A stretch of DNA of 64,000 bases from an uncultured Acidobacteriota bacterium. GTDB taxonomy: Bacteria > Acidobacteriota > Thermoanaerobaculia > UBA5066 > Gp7-AA6. The notes beneath the pieces are model-generated. The model searched no databases. It worked only from the letters and a program-made list of their open reading frames with translations, and was not told where the DNA came from. Location of the stretch: NCBI GenBank assembly GCA_963764715.1, contig CAVXTP010000021.1, positions 224,001 through 288,000 of the forward strand, in the 5' to 3' direction. Position 1 is the first letter of the stretch. Every line of letters begins with the position of its first letter. Below are positions 55,085 through 64,000 of the stretch, in pieces. A program made the position numbers and the translations under genes.

Positions 55085-55837
55085 TTGAGAGAGAGCCAGC
55101 GCTATCGCGCCACGGTCGCGTACATCGGCACGCGGTATCACGGCTGGCAGGTCCAGAAGAACGCGGCGCGGACCGTCCAGGGAGTGCTGCAGCATGCGGT
55201 GACGCGCCTGGCGGGCGCGCCGGTCCGCGTCGAGGGCGCGGGGCGGACGGACGCCGGCGTCCACGCCGACGGGCAGGTCGTGCACTTCGACCTGCCGCGG
55301 CCGCGCGATCCGGCGATCGTGCGCGACGCCGTCAACGGCGCGCTGCCCGAGGACGTGCGCGTGCTCGCGGTCGAGCTCGCCGCGCCCGACTTTCACTGCC
55401 GCTACGACGCGCGCCGGAAGGAATATGTCTACCGCTGGAGCCGGGCCGAGGTCATTCCGCCGCGCGACGCCCCGTTCGTCTCGCCCCTCTCGCGGCGCGC
55501 GGACGCCGGGCGGATGCGCGCGGCCGCCGAATGCCTCCCGGGCCGGCGCGACTTCTCCGTCTTCGCCGTTCGACTGGCGCGGAGCGAGTCCGGCGTCCGG
55601 GACCTCGAGCGCGTCGAGGTCGAGGAGGCCGGAGACGAGCTGCGGGCGCTCTTCCGTGGCGACGGTTTTCTCCGCGGGATGGTCCGCTCCATCGCCGGTG
55701 TGCTCGCCGACGAGGCCCGGGGACGCGTTCCGCCCGGCCGGACCGCGGAGCTCCTGCGGACCGGGGACCGCGGAAAGCTCTCGGCGAAGGCGGCGGCGCG
55801 GGGCCTGACGCTGGTGAGAGTCGAGTACGGGGGGTAA
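55085..55837 (+). CDS. truA: tRNA pseudouridine(38-40) synthase
   Basis: YHGWQVQ, GRTDAGVHA, GFLRGMVR; start approximate. Confidence 0.92.
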   Translation: MRESQRYRATVAYIGTRYHGWQVQKNAARTVQGVLQHAVTRLAGAPVRVEGAGRTDAGVHADGQVVHFDLPRPRDPAIVRDAVNGALPEDVRVLAVELAAPDFHCRYDARRKEYVYRWSRAEVIPPRDAPFVSPLSRRADAGRMRAAAECLPGRRDFSVFAVRLARSESGVRDLERVEVEEAGDELRALFRGDGFLRGMVRSIAGVLADEARGRVPPGRTAELLRTGDRGKLSAKAAARGLTLVRVEYGG

Positions 55838-55847
55838 AATCGCCCGA

Positions 55848-56660
55848 GTGATCGACACCGAGACCCTGGCGGCGAAAGGCTCGTTCGAGCGGCAGCTCCT
55901 CGACGAGATCGACCTCGCGAAGCTGCCGCGCCACATCGCCATCATCATGGACGGCAACGGGCGCTGGGCGAAGCTGCGGGGGTCGCCGCGGGTCGAGGGG
56001 CACCGGGCGGGGATCGCGTCGGTCCGCGAGGCCGTCGAGACCTGCGCCCGCCTCGAGCTCGACGCGCTCACGCTCTACGCGTTCTCGGTCGAGAACTGGA
56101 AGCGGCCCCGCTTCGAGATCGTCACGCTGATGGCGCTGCTCAAGGAGTACCTCGCCAAGGAGCTCGGAAACCTCCTGAAGAACGACATCCGCTTCCGCGT
56201 GGTCGGGCGGATGAACGAGCTCGACCCGTCGGTCCAGAAGGCCCTGGCCCACGGGCTGGCGGCGACCTCCTCCTGCCGCGGCATGACGTTCAACATCGCG
56301 CTCAATTACGGCGGCCGCACCGAGATCGTCGACGCCTGCCGCTCGCTCGCCAACGACGTCGCCTCCGGCCGCCTGACGCCCGAGCAGATCGACGAGGAGA
56401 CGCTGGGCTCGCGCCTCTCGACGGCGGGGTTGCCGGACCCGGACCTGCTGATCCGCACGAGCGGGGAGATGCGGGTCTCGAATTTTCTTCTCTGGCAGAT
56501 CGCGTACAGCGAGATCTGGGTCACGCCGACGCTCTGGCCGGACTTCCGCAAGCGGCACCTCTTCGAAGCGATCCTCGACTTTCAGAAGCGCGAGCGCCGC
56601 TACGGCGGCGTCATCGAGGGCCGCGCTCCGGAATCCGAGGCCGAAGGCCGGAGGGCGTGA
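55848..56660 (+). CDS. uppS: Undecaprenyl diphosphate synthase
   Basis: IMDGNGRWA, FSVENWKRP, RTSGEMRVSNFLLWQ. Confidence 0.96.
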   Translation: MIDTETLAAKGSFERQLLDEIDLAKLPRHIAIIMDGNGRWAKLRGSPRVEGHRAGIASVREAVETCARLELDALTLYAFSVENWKRPRFEIVTLMALLKEYLAKELGNLLKNDIRFRVVGRMNELDPSVQKALAHGLAATSSCRGMTFNIALNYGGRTEIVDACRSLANDVASGRLTPEQIDEETLGSRLSTAGLPDPDLLIRTSGEMRVSNFLLWQIAYSEIWVTPTLWPDFRKRHLFEAILDFQKRERRYGGVIEGRAPESEAEGRRA

Positions 56661-57505
56661 AGCGCGAGCTCGCCGCGGCGGTCGCGATTCCGATCGTCCT
56701 GGCGGTCCTCTTCCTCGGGCCGCCGCTCCTCTTCAACGGCCTCGTCGCCGCGATCGCGCTCGGCGCCGTGTGGGAGTTCTACCGGATCGCCGAGAAGACC
56801 GGGCACCCCGTCGCGAAGACCGTGGGCCTGGCGGCCTCGGCCCTCCTCCTCGGGGGAGCGGCCCTCCTCTGGGGGCCGCTGCGCTTCGAGACGCCGTCCG
56901 GCGACCTCGTGGAGATCGTCGTGAAGTCGCGGCCGGGCTTCTGGTACGCCGCGGGGCTCGTCACGGTGTTCCTGGCGGCGGTGGCCCCGATGGCGTCGCA
57001 CGTCCCGCCGGCGAGCGCGCTCGCCGGCGCCGGCGCGACGATCTTCGGCGTCGTCTCGATCGCGCTGCCGGCGGCCGCCATGTGCCTCCTGCGGGCCCGC
57101 TCGCCCCGGGTGGTTCTCATGCTGCTGCTCCTCGTCTGGGCGTGCGACTCGTTCGCCTACTACTTCGGGCGGCGCTTCGGCCGTCACGCGCTCGCGCCGG
57201 TCGTTTCGCCCAAGAAGACCTGGGAGGGCTCGATCGCGGGGCTCGCCGGCGCGACGATCTTCGGCGCCGTGGCGGGCACCTGGTGGTTTCTGCCGGAGCT
57301 GGGGCCCGCCGCGGGGGCGGCCGCCGGGGCCCTCGCTTCGACCGCCGGGCAGATCGGGGACCTCGTGGAGTCGCTCTGGAAGCGGGGCGCGGGAGTGAAG
57401 GACTCCGGGACATTCTTGCCCGGTCACGGGGGCTTCTACGACCGGATCGACTCGCTTCTTTTCGCCGCCCCGGTCCTGGCCGCGTTCGTCGCCCGCGGCC
57501 TGTAG
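56657..57505 (+). CDS. cdsA: Phosphatidate cytidylyltransferase
   Basis: SPKKTWEG, GDLVES, KDSG..LPGHGG..DRIDS. Confidence 0.95.
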   Translation: MKRELAAAVAIPIVLAVLFLGPPLLFNGLVAAIALGAVWEFYRIAEKTGHPVAKTVGLAASALLLGGAALLWGPLRFETPSGDLVEIVVKSRPGFWYAAGLVTVFLAAVAPMASHVPPASALAGAGATIFGVVSIALPAAAMCLLRARSPRVVLMLLLLVWACDSFAYYFGRRFGRHALAPVVSPKKTWEGSIAGLAGATIFGAVAGTWWFLPELGPAAGAAAGALASTAGQIGDLVESLWKRGAGVKDSGTFLPGHGGFYDRIDSLLFAAPVLAAFVARGL

Positions 57506-57518
57506 ATAGAATGCGGGG

Positions 57519-58703
57519 TTGTCCATGAAAACCCTGTCCATCCTGGGCTCGACAGGCTCGATCGGCCGTTCCGCGCTCGACGTGGTCGCCGCCTCTCCGG
57601 ACCGCTTCCGGGTCGCGGCGCTCGCGGCCGGGCGTTCGATCGAGAAGCTCGCCGAGCAGATCGCGGCCCACCGGCCCGACCTCGTCGCCATCGACCGGGC
57701 CGAGGACGTCTCGCGCCTCGAGCGGCTTCTGCCGGCGGGAGTGAACTGCCGGATCGTGGCGGGCATCGACGGCCTGAACGAGGCCGCGTGTCACCCGAAG
57801 GCCGACACCGTCGTCGGCGGTCTCGTCGGCGCGCTGGGGCTGCGCTCGGCGCATGCCGCGGTCCGGTCCGGCAAGCGCCTCGCGCTCGCCAACAAGGAGC
57901 CGCTCGTCGTCGCGGGCGAGCTCATCCTCGAGGAGGCCCGGAAGAGCGGAGCGGAGCTCGTGCCGGTCGACTCCGAGCACAGCGCCATCCACCAGGCGAT
58001 GCGCAGCGGCCGGCCCGAGGAGGCGCGGCGGCTCGTGCTGACGGCCTCGGGCGGACCGTTCCGCGAGCGCCGGCTCGACACTTTCGATTCGATCACGGTC
58101 GAGGACGCGCTGGCGCACCCGACCTGGAAGATGGGCCCGAAGATCACGATCGACTCCGCGACGATGATGAACAAGGGCCTGGAGGTCATCGAGGCGCACT
58201 TCCTCTTCGGGCTTCCGGGCGAGCGCATCGACGTGGTGATCCACCCCCAGTCGGTCGTCCACTCGTTCGTGGAGTTCGTCGACGGCTCGCTCGTGGCGCA
58301 GCTCGCCAGGAACGACATGAAGTTCCCGATCGTCTACGCCCTCGACTACCCGGGGCGCTACCCCAACGACTTCGGTCGCCTCGACCTCGCGGCGCTCGCG
58401 CGGCTCGATTTCTTCGAGCTCGATCCCCGCCGGTACCCGGCCCTCGGGCTCGCCCGCCAGGCCCTCGCCGGCGGGGGAGGCCTGCCCGCGGTCCTGAACG
58501 CGGCCAACGAAATCGCCGTCGCGGCCTTTCTCGAGGGGAAGATTTCCTTCCCCGACATCGTTCACGTGGTCTCGGGAACCATGGAAAGAGTCGGCCGGCC
58601 CGCCGCCCCGCGCAGCCTGGACGAGGCGGAGTCGGTCGACCGGTCGGCCCGGGAAGCCGCCTCCGGGATCGTCCGGCGCCGCGCCCCGGCCATCGCGCGA
58701 TAA
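57519..58703 (+). CDS. dxr: 1-deoxy-D-xylulose-5-phosphate reductoisomerase
   Basis: LGSTGSIG, ANKE, PVDSEH, NKGLEVIEA, NAANE; start TTG 57519 or ATG 57525. Confidence 0.96.
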   Translation: MSMKTLSILGSTGSIGRSALDVVAASPDRFRVAALAAGRSIEKLAEQIAAHRPDLVAIDRAEDVSRLERLLPAGVNCRIVAGIDGLNEAACHPKADTVVGGLVGALGLRSAHAAVRSGKRLALANKEPLVVAGELILEEARKSGAELVPVDSEHSAIHQAMRSGRPEEARRLVLTASGGPFRERRLDTFDSITVEDALAHPTWKMGPKITIDSATMMNKGLEVIEAHFLFGLPGERIDVVIHPQSVVHSFVEFVDGSLVAQLARNDMKFPIVYALDYPGRYPNDFGRLDLAALARLDFFELDPRRYPALGLARQALAGGGGLPAVLNAANEIAVAAFLEGKISFPDIVHVVSGTMERVGRPAAPRSLDEAESVDRSAREAASGIVRRRAPAIAR

Positions 58704-58721
58704 ACCGATCAAGGAGCCCTC

Positions 58722-60086
58722 TTGCAGATCCTGAGCAACGTCCTCGCCCTCGTCGTCGTGCTTTCCGTCCTCGTCGTCGTGCACGAGTTCGGGCACTTCG
58801 CCGTCGCCAAGTTCTTCGGCTTTCCCGTCGAGGTCTTCTCCGTGGGCTTCGGCAAGCGGCTCTTCGGGAAGAAGTGGCGGGGCACGGACTACCGGGTCTC
58901 CGCGATCCCGCTCGGCGGCTACGTGCGCGTGATCGGCCTCGGGCCCGACGAGTCGACGGTCACCGAGGGGACGTCGCAGGAGGCGCCGCCGGTCGGGAAG
59001 CGCTGGCAGCGCGCGCTGGTCCTCGTCGCCGGCCCCGCGATGAACCTGGTCCTCGCGGTCGTGCTGCACACGACCGTCTTCGCGGTCGGCACCAGGGTCG
59101 CGGCCTACGAGCTCGACAAGCCGGTCGTCCGCGTCGTCGAGGCCGGGTCCCCGGGCGCGGCGGCCGGGTTTCAGCCGGGCGACCGGATCGTGTCGATCAA
59201 CGGCCAGGCGACGCCGCGCTGGCGCGACGCGCTCTTCATCTTCGCCATGAACGCCCGCGAGCCGCTCGAGGTCGAGGTCGACCGTGGCGGCAGCGGGGTC
59301 TTCCTCACGGTCACGCCGAAGGCCGAGTCCAAGTACGACATGGGACAGGTCGGCCTGCTGCCCGACTTCGGGACCTCGGTGCGCGCACGGCTCGACGGCG
59401 TCGTCGGCGGGTCGCCCGCGGCGCAGGCGGGGCTCAAGCCCGGCGACATCATCCTGTCGGTCGCGGGCCGGCCGATCCAGGGCTCGCCGGACCAGGTGTT
59501 CGCGAAGTTCGTCGAGGCCGTCAAGGCCGCGGCGCCGGGACCCTTCCCGATCGTCTACGAGCGGGGCGGCAAGGCCGGGACGGTCACCGTCGCGCCCCGG
59601 CAGGAATCCGACGGCGTCTGGAAGGTCGGCGTGCAGGTCGGCGGCGATCTGCCGGAGGTCATCGAGCGGTTCCCGGTGAAGCAGGCCTTCGTGGAGGGCT
59701 TCCGCCGCGTCGAGACCGACTTCCGGATGACGCTCTCCGTTCTCGGGCGGCTCTTCCGCGGCAAGGCCAGCATGAAGACCATGTCAGGCCCGCTCGACAT
59801 CGCCAAGTTCTCCGGCCAGGAGGCCCGCAAGGGCGCGGTCCCGCTGCTCGCGTTCATGGCCGCGATCTCGCTGCAGCTCGGGATCTTCAACCTGCTTCCG
59901 ATCCCGGTCCTCGACGGAGGCCATCTCTTCCTCCTCGGCGTCGAGGGGATCGCGCGGCGGGACTTCTCGCTCCGCGTCAAGGAGCGGATCCTGCAGGTCG
60001 GCTTCGTGATGATCCTGGCGCTCCTGGCGGTCGTGCTCTACAACGACCTGGCGAAGAACCTGCCGACGGGGTGGTGGCCGTTTTAG
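58722..60086 (+). CDS. rseP: RIP metalloprotease RseP with two PDZ domains
   Basis: HEFGH, AGPAMN, NLLPIPVLDGGH. Confidence 0.95.
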   Translation: MQILSNVLALVVVLSVLVVVHEFGHFAVAKFFGFPVEVFSVGFGKRLFGKKWRGTDYRVSAIPLGGYVRVIGLGPDESTVTEGTSQEAPPVGKRWQRALVLVAGPAMNLVLAVVLHTTVFAVGTRVAAYELDKPVVRVVEAGSPGAAAGFQPGDRIVSINGQATPRWRDALFIFAMNAREPLEVEVDRGGSGVFLTVTPKAESKYDMGQVGLLPDFGTSVRARLDGVVGGSPAAQAGLKPGDIILSVAGRPIQGSPDQVFAKFVEAVKAAAPGPFPIVYERGGKAGTVTVAPRQESDGVWKVGVQVGGDLPEVIERFPVKQAFVEGFRRVETDFRMTLSVLGRLFRGKASMKTMSGPLDIAKFSGQEARKGAVPLLAFMAAISLQLGIFNLLPIPVLDGGHLFLLGVEGIARRDFSLRVKERILQVGFVMILALLAVVLYNDLAKNLPTGWWPF

Positions 60087-60152
60087 CCGTCGCGAGCGCG
60101 CCGCCGGGAACCTGCGCCCTTCGGGCGCACCGGCGAGCGGCTCGCCCACGTC

Positions 60153-60306
60153 GCGAGCGCTGCGCTTCGGGTCTGCGCCTGACGGCGCACCGGCTCGCGG
60201 CTCGCCTGTGGGCTCGACCGCGAGCCTGACCCTTCGCTCCGCGCTCGCTCCCGCGGCGCGAGGCGTCCTCCGCTGCGCTCGCGGAGATTCCTCGCGCCGC
60301 GAGCGG
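60153..60306 (+). repeat. Structured intergenic repeat, copy C
   Basis: 71-nt core identical to copy B; second arm CGCGGCGCGAGG/CCTCGCGCCGCG. Confidence 0.88.
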
Positions 60307-60336
60307 ATCTTTCGGCACGGCAGGTGAGGGGGGGCC

Positions 60337-60368
60337 CGGTCGTAGGGGCGGGGCTTGTCCCCGCCCTC
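60337..60368 (+). repeat. GTAG-family REP-like palindrome
   Basis: Identical to 29266-29297. Confidence 0.8.
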
Positions 60369-60376
60369 CCTCGGCG

Positions 60377-61687
60377 CTACTTGTAGACGCCGGTGTGGAC
60401 GGGGAGGCGCGCGGTCGGAGTGCCCGGGGCGAGCTTCGCGAAAGGCGGGCCCGAGGGGCGGGGCATCGCTTCGACGATCTCGTGGAACTTCCGGCGGAAA
60501 TCAGCGTCGTCGGACCAGTAGTAGGAGCGGGTGGGGCAGGCGCCTTTTTCGGCGCAGACCCCCTGGACGGCGCAGCCGTGCGGGAACGACGCGACCTCGC
60601 CGCGGCGCGCCATGATCTCGGAGAGCTCCGCGCGGAAGCGCGCGTAGGGCTCGCCGAACCAGATGTCGGCGAGGCTCGACTTGTGGATGCTGCCGAGGAC
60701 CGCCGTCGGGTGGTCCTGCAGGATGCAGCAGGTGACGGCGTCGCCGTTGGCGTTGAGCGTCATGGAGTACCAGCCCACCAGGCAGAACTCGTGAAGTCCG
60801 GCGACCGCCCGCGCCTGGCGCCCGCCGGCGTCGGCGAGCTGCCGGAGCTTGACGCGGGCCCGTCGCGCGAAGGGGGCCCGCTCGAACACCTTCCGGGTCG
60901 AGGCCTCGATGCGCTCGGCGATCGACTTCTCCCAGAACGAGAAGCGCTCGAGGCGGTCGAAGTAGTCCTGCGCCAGGACCTCCTCGTACGCGAGCAGCAT
61001 TTCGGAGACGTCCTCCTCGGTCATCGTCGGCATCGGGCGCACGGGATAGAGGCCGTTCAGCCAGAAGCGGTCGGCGCCGGTCTCCCGAAAGAGCCGGTAC
61101 ATCTCGGGTAGCTGCCGGAAGTTCTCCTTGTAGACGAGGAACTGGACCCGGAGCGTCGTCTCGCTTCCGGTCTCCCGCTTGATCCGCGCGGCGGCGCGGA
61201 TGTTCTCGACGACGCGGTCGAAGTTCTTCCCGGTCGTCTGCATCATCGCGGCGTAGGACCGCGCGTCGCCCGCGTTGAGCGACACGCAGATCTCGTCGCA
61301 TCCGGCGGCATAGAGCGCGCGCACGACGGGCTCGGTCAGGAGGACGCCGTTGGTGGTGACGTCGGTGATCCGGAGTCCCCGCGCCCCGATCGCGGCGATG
61401 AGCGCGGCCGCGTCCTTGCGGAAGAGCGGCTCGCCGCCGCCCATCAGACGCACGCCCCGGACGCCGAGGTCCCGCATCTCGTCGAAGAGCTTCTCGAGAC
61501 GCTCCGCCGACAGCTCGAAGTTGCCCGCCCGGATCTCCGAGGTCGAGCAGAAGAAGCAGTCGATGTTGCAGCGGTCCTGCCAGGAGATCTCGACGACCTT
61601 GGGGGGCTGGCGCGCCGGCGCCCCGGCGATGGAGTCGAGGATCGCGCCCTTCTCCGCCGCCGTCATGCGCTCCCAGGAGTACGCCAC
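60377..61687 (-). CDS. Radical SAM protein with SPASM/twitch domain
   Basis: CNIDCFFC, GGGEPL, TTNG; FCLVGW..GDAVTCC..GSI..LADIW and three further Cys. Confidence 0.88.
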   Translation of the reverse strand: MAYSWERMTAAEKGAILDSIAGAPARQPPKVVEISWQDRCNIDCFFCSTSEIRAGNFELSAERLEKLFDEMRDLGVRGVRLMGGGEPLFRKDAAALIAAIGARGLRITDVTTNGVLLTEPVVRALYAAGCDEICVSLNAGDARSYAAMMQTTGKNFDRVVENIRAAARIKRETGSETTLRVQFLVYKENFRQLPEMYRLFRETGADRFWLNGLYPVRPMPTMTEEDVSEMLLAYEEVLAQDYFDRLERFSFWEKSIAERIEASTRKVFERAPFARRARVKLRQLADAGGRQARAVAGLHEFCLVGWYSMTLNANGDAVTCCILQDHPTAVLGSIHKSSLADIWFGEPYARFRAELSEIMARRGEVASFPHGCAVQGVCAEKGACPTRSYYWSDDADFRRKFHEIVEAMPRPSGPPFAKLAPGTPTARLPVHTGVYK

Positions 61688-61716
61688 GACCCCATCCTAG
61701 CGTCTAGAATCCGGGG

Positions 61717-64000
61717 ATCGAAGCTCTCGCGCTCGGGCTGACCTACGCCGCCGCGGCGGCTCTCGCCGTGTGGCTCGCGCGGCGATTCGTGGGCGCCGTC
61801 CCGTGGCCGGCCGCGGCCGTCCTGGCGCTGCTTCCGCTCGTCTTCACGGGCGAGGCCTTTCTTCGGGGCGGTCTCTACGGGCCGGCGGACCTGTATCGGA
61901 CCTCGGACCCCTGGCGCGCGGGAGCCGACGCGCGGGGAGCGCCGGCGCCCGCCAACCCGATTCTCTCCGACCTCGCGTTCGCGAACCTGCCGTGGCGGGC
62001 GGCCGTGCGCGAGGCCGCCGCGAACGGCCGCTTCCCGTTCTGGAACCGGTTCGTGCTCGCCGGCAACCCGCTCCTCGGAACGGCGCAGGCCGGCATCCTG
62101 CATCCCGCGACCTGGCTCGGCCTGTGGCTGCCGCTGCCGCTCTCCTTCACGTTCTCGTGCGCCTTCACGCTCTTCCTCGCGCTCCTGTCGGCCTTCCTTT
62201 TCTTCTCCGACTTCCGTGTCGGCGCGCGCGCGGCCCTGGCCGGAGCCGTCGGCTGGGGATTCTCCACCTACGTGCTCTTCTGGGCCGGCTGGAGCGTGGG
62301 CCCCTCGACGGCGACGTTTCCGCTGCTTCTCCTGGGGCTGCGGCGTCTCGTCCGCGCGCCCGGCCGCGCGTCGGTCGGGCTGACGGCCGCGGCGCTGTGG
62401 CTGTCCTTCTGCGGAGGGCACCCGGAGTCGTTCTTCCACGGCGCGGCCGCCGGGTCCGCCTACTTCGCATGGGAGCTCGCCGGCGCCCGCGGCCGGAGGG
62501 CGGGCCAGGCGCTCGCGGCGGCGCTCGGCGCCGGAGGGCTCGCCCTTCTGCTTTCGGGCGTGCAGCTCTTTCCGCTCCTCGAGGCGATTCCGCGTTCCGC
62601 GGAGTATCGCGCGCGCCGCGCGGCGCTCCAGGCCGGCGGCGGCAGTCAGTCGGTGCCGCCCGTGGAGGCGGCGCGGCGGCTTCTGCCGGACGTCCTTCCC
62701 TTCGCCCACGGCCTCTACGGCAAGAGCCCCGTGCAGACGCCGCGCAACGACGGCTCCGGAATGCCGCTCGGCTACGCGGGGGCCGTCCTCTTTCCGCTGG
62801 CCCTCGCGGGTCTCGGGCGGGGCGCCGCGGTCGAGCGGGGGCGCTCGATCTTCCTCGCGTTCGCGCTCGCCGGTCTCGCCTACGGCGCGAGCGCCCCGGG
62901 CCTCCACGACCTGACCGCGAGGCTGCCGGGATTCGCGCTCGCGCTCAACTACCGTCTCGTCTTCCTCGCGGGGCTCGGGCTTTCGGGGCTGGCCGCGTTC
63001 GGGGTCGCCCGCCTCGAGACGGACGGCCGCGGCCGGCGACTGGCCCTCGCGGGCGCGGGCGTCGCCGCGGCGCTCCTCGTCGCCTTCCTCCTGGCGCGGC
63101 CGGTCTTCGCGGACCGGGCCCTTCCGCCGGGCTTCGTGACGGCGCAGTTTCTCTTCGAGATCCTCCCCGTCCTTCTGCTCGCCGCCGTCGCGGCGTCGCG
63201 CCGGCCGCCGCGCCAGGTCGCCTCGGCGGCCGTCGTGCTCCTCGCCCTGCAGCGCTTCCTCGAGATGCGCGGGGTGTATCCGACGCTCCCGGCCGCCTCG
63301 CTCGCTCCCGCGCTCCCCGGCCTCGCGGCGATCGCGAAGGCCGCCGCGGCCGATCCCGCGCGCGTCGTGGCCGCGGGAACGATCCTGCGGCCCAACGGCG
63401 CGACCCTCTACGGCCTCGAGGACGTGCGGGGTTACGAGTCGCTCGTGCTCGACCGGTTCGCGGACACGTACCCGCTGTGGTGCCGGGCGCAGCCCGCCTC
63501 CTACAACCTGGTGACCGACCTCGGCGCGCCGTTTCTCGCCTTCCTCAACGCGCGCTGGGCCGTCGGCGGACCGCGGGACCCGGCGCCTCCGGGATGGCGC
63601 GAGCGGGCCCGCGACGGCGAGATGGCCGTCTTCGAGAACCCGCGCGCTCTGCCGCGAGCCTTCGTTCCGCTCACCGTGCGGAACGAGCCGGACCCGGAGC
63701 GGCGGCTCGAAGCGATGGGGCGCGCGACCGAGTTCGGAGAGACCGCGTGGCTGTCCGGGCCCGCCGGCGGCGCCGCCGGAGAGCCCGGCGGAGAGGCGTC
63801 GCTCGAGCTGCGCGAGATCGGCCCCGACCTCTCGATCGAGGCCCGGGTCGAACGGCGCGCGTTCGTCGCGACGTCGCTTCCGGACTGGCCGGGATGGAGG
63901 GGCATGGACGGCGGGAACGGGATCCGGCTCGAGACGGTCAACCACGCCTTCGTCGGATTCTGGCTCGAGCCCGGCGCGCACTCCGTGCGCCTGTCCTATC
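61717..64000 (+). CDS. YfhO-like polytopic membrane glycosyltransferase, 3'-truncated (not in ORF track)
   Basis: Frame reads PFWNRFVLAGNPLLG, GGHPE, YGLEDVRGYESL, FENPRALPRAF, PDWPGW, VNHAFVG; start uncertain (ATC 61717, CTG 61738 or GTG 61768). Confidence 0.82.
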   Translation, partial: MEALALGLTYAAAAALAVWLARRFVGAVPWPAAAVLALLPLVFTGEAFLRGGLYGPADLYRTSDPWRAGADARGAPAPANPILSDLAFANLPWRAAVREAAANGRFPFWNRFVLAGNPLLGTAQAGILHPATWLGLWLPLPLSFTFSCAFTLFLALLSAFLFFSDFRVGARAALAGAVGWGFSTYVLFWAGWSVGPSTATFPLLLLGLRRLVRAPGRASVGLTAAALWLSFCGGHPESFFHGAAAGSAYFAWELAGARGRRAGQALAAALGAGGLALLLSGVQLFPLLEAIPRSAEYRARRAALQAGGGSQSVPPVEAARRLLPDVLPFAHGLYGKSPVQTPRNDGSGMPLGYAGAVLFPLALAGLGRGAAVERGRSIFLAFALAGLAYGASAPGLHDLTARLPGFALALNYRLVFLAGLGLSGLAAFGVARLETDGRGRRLALAGAGVAAALLVAFLLARPVFADRALPPGFVTAQFLFEILPVLLLAAVAASRRPPRQVASAAVVLLALQRFLEMRGVYPTLPAASLAPALPGLAAIAKAAAADPARVVAAGTILRPNGATLYGLEDVRGYESLVLDRFADTYPLWCRAQPASYNLVTDLGAPFLAFLNARWAVGGPRDPAPPGWRERARDGEMAVFENPRALPRAFVPLTVRNEPDPERRLEAMGRATEFGETAWLSGPAGGAAGEPGGEASLELREIGPDLSIEARVERRAFVATSLPDWPGWRGMDGGNGIRLETVNHAFVGFWLEPGAHSVRLSY

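Overview
High-GC (roughly 70% by eye) bacterial chromosomal segment with no phage, integrase, transposase or CRISPR. Gene content (Hanks kinases with TolB/TPR domains, sulfatase-TPR, YfhO-like membrane protein, an outer-membrane beta-barrel, Cys-type SLH proteins) suggests a diderm, probably Acidobacteriota/Thermoanaerobaculia (inference). About 50 CDSs and one tRNA-Gln(CTG). Left part: secreted peptidases, beta-carbonic anhydrase, kinase, trxB, aminotransferases, pruA, moeB. Centre (20.9-44.3 kb): four large secreted proteins ending in triple Cys-bearing SLH-like repeats, interleaved with glycosyltransferases, wzm/wzt and wecB. Right part: gltX, htrA, hsp20-clpB with two HAIR-like operators, copA-cupredoxin-queE-queC, truA-uppS-cdsA-dxr-rseP, radical SAM/SPASM and YfhO-like genes. 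Most notable observations: (1) a family of structured intergenic elements (three clear copies, all between convergent genes) whose helices show compensatory base changes, two of them accompanied by an identical GTAG-type REP; (2) a candidate SLH-anchored surface-protein plus ManNAc-glycan export system in a diderm; (3) a secreted amidohydrolase-fold protein that has lost its metal ligands; (4) many apparently leaderless genes. Five +1 frameshifts are most likely sequencing errors.
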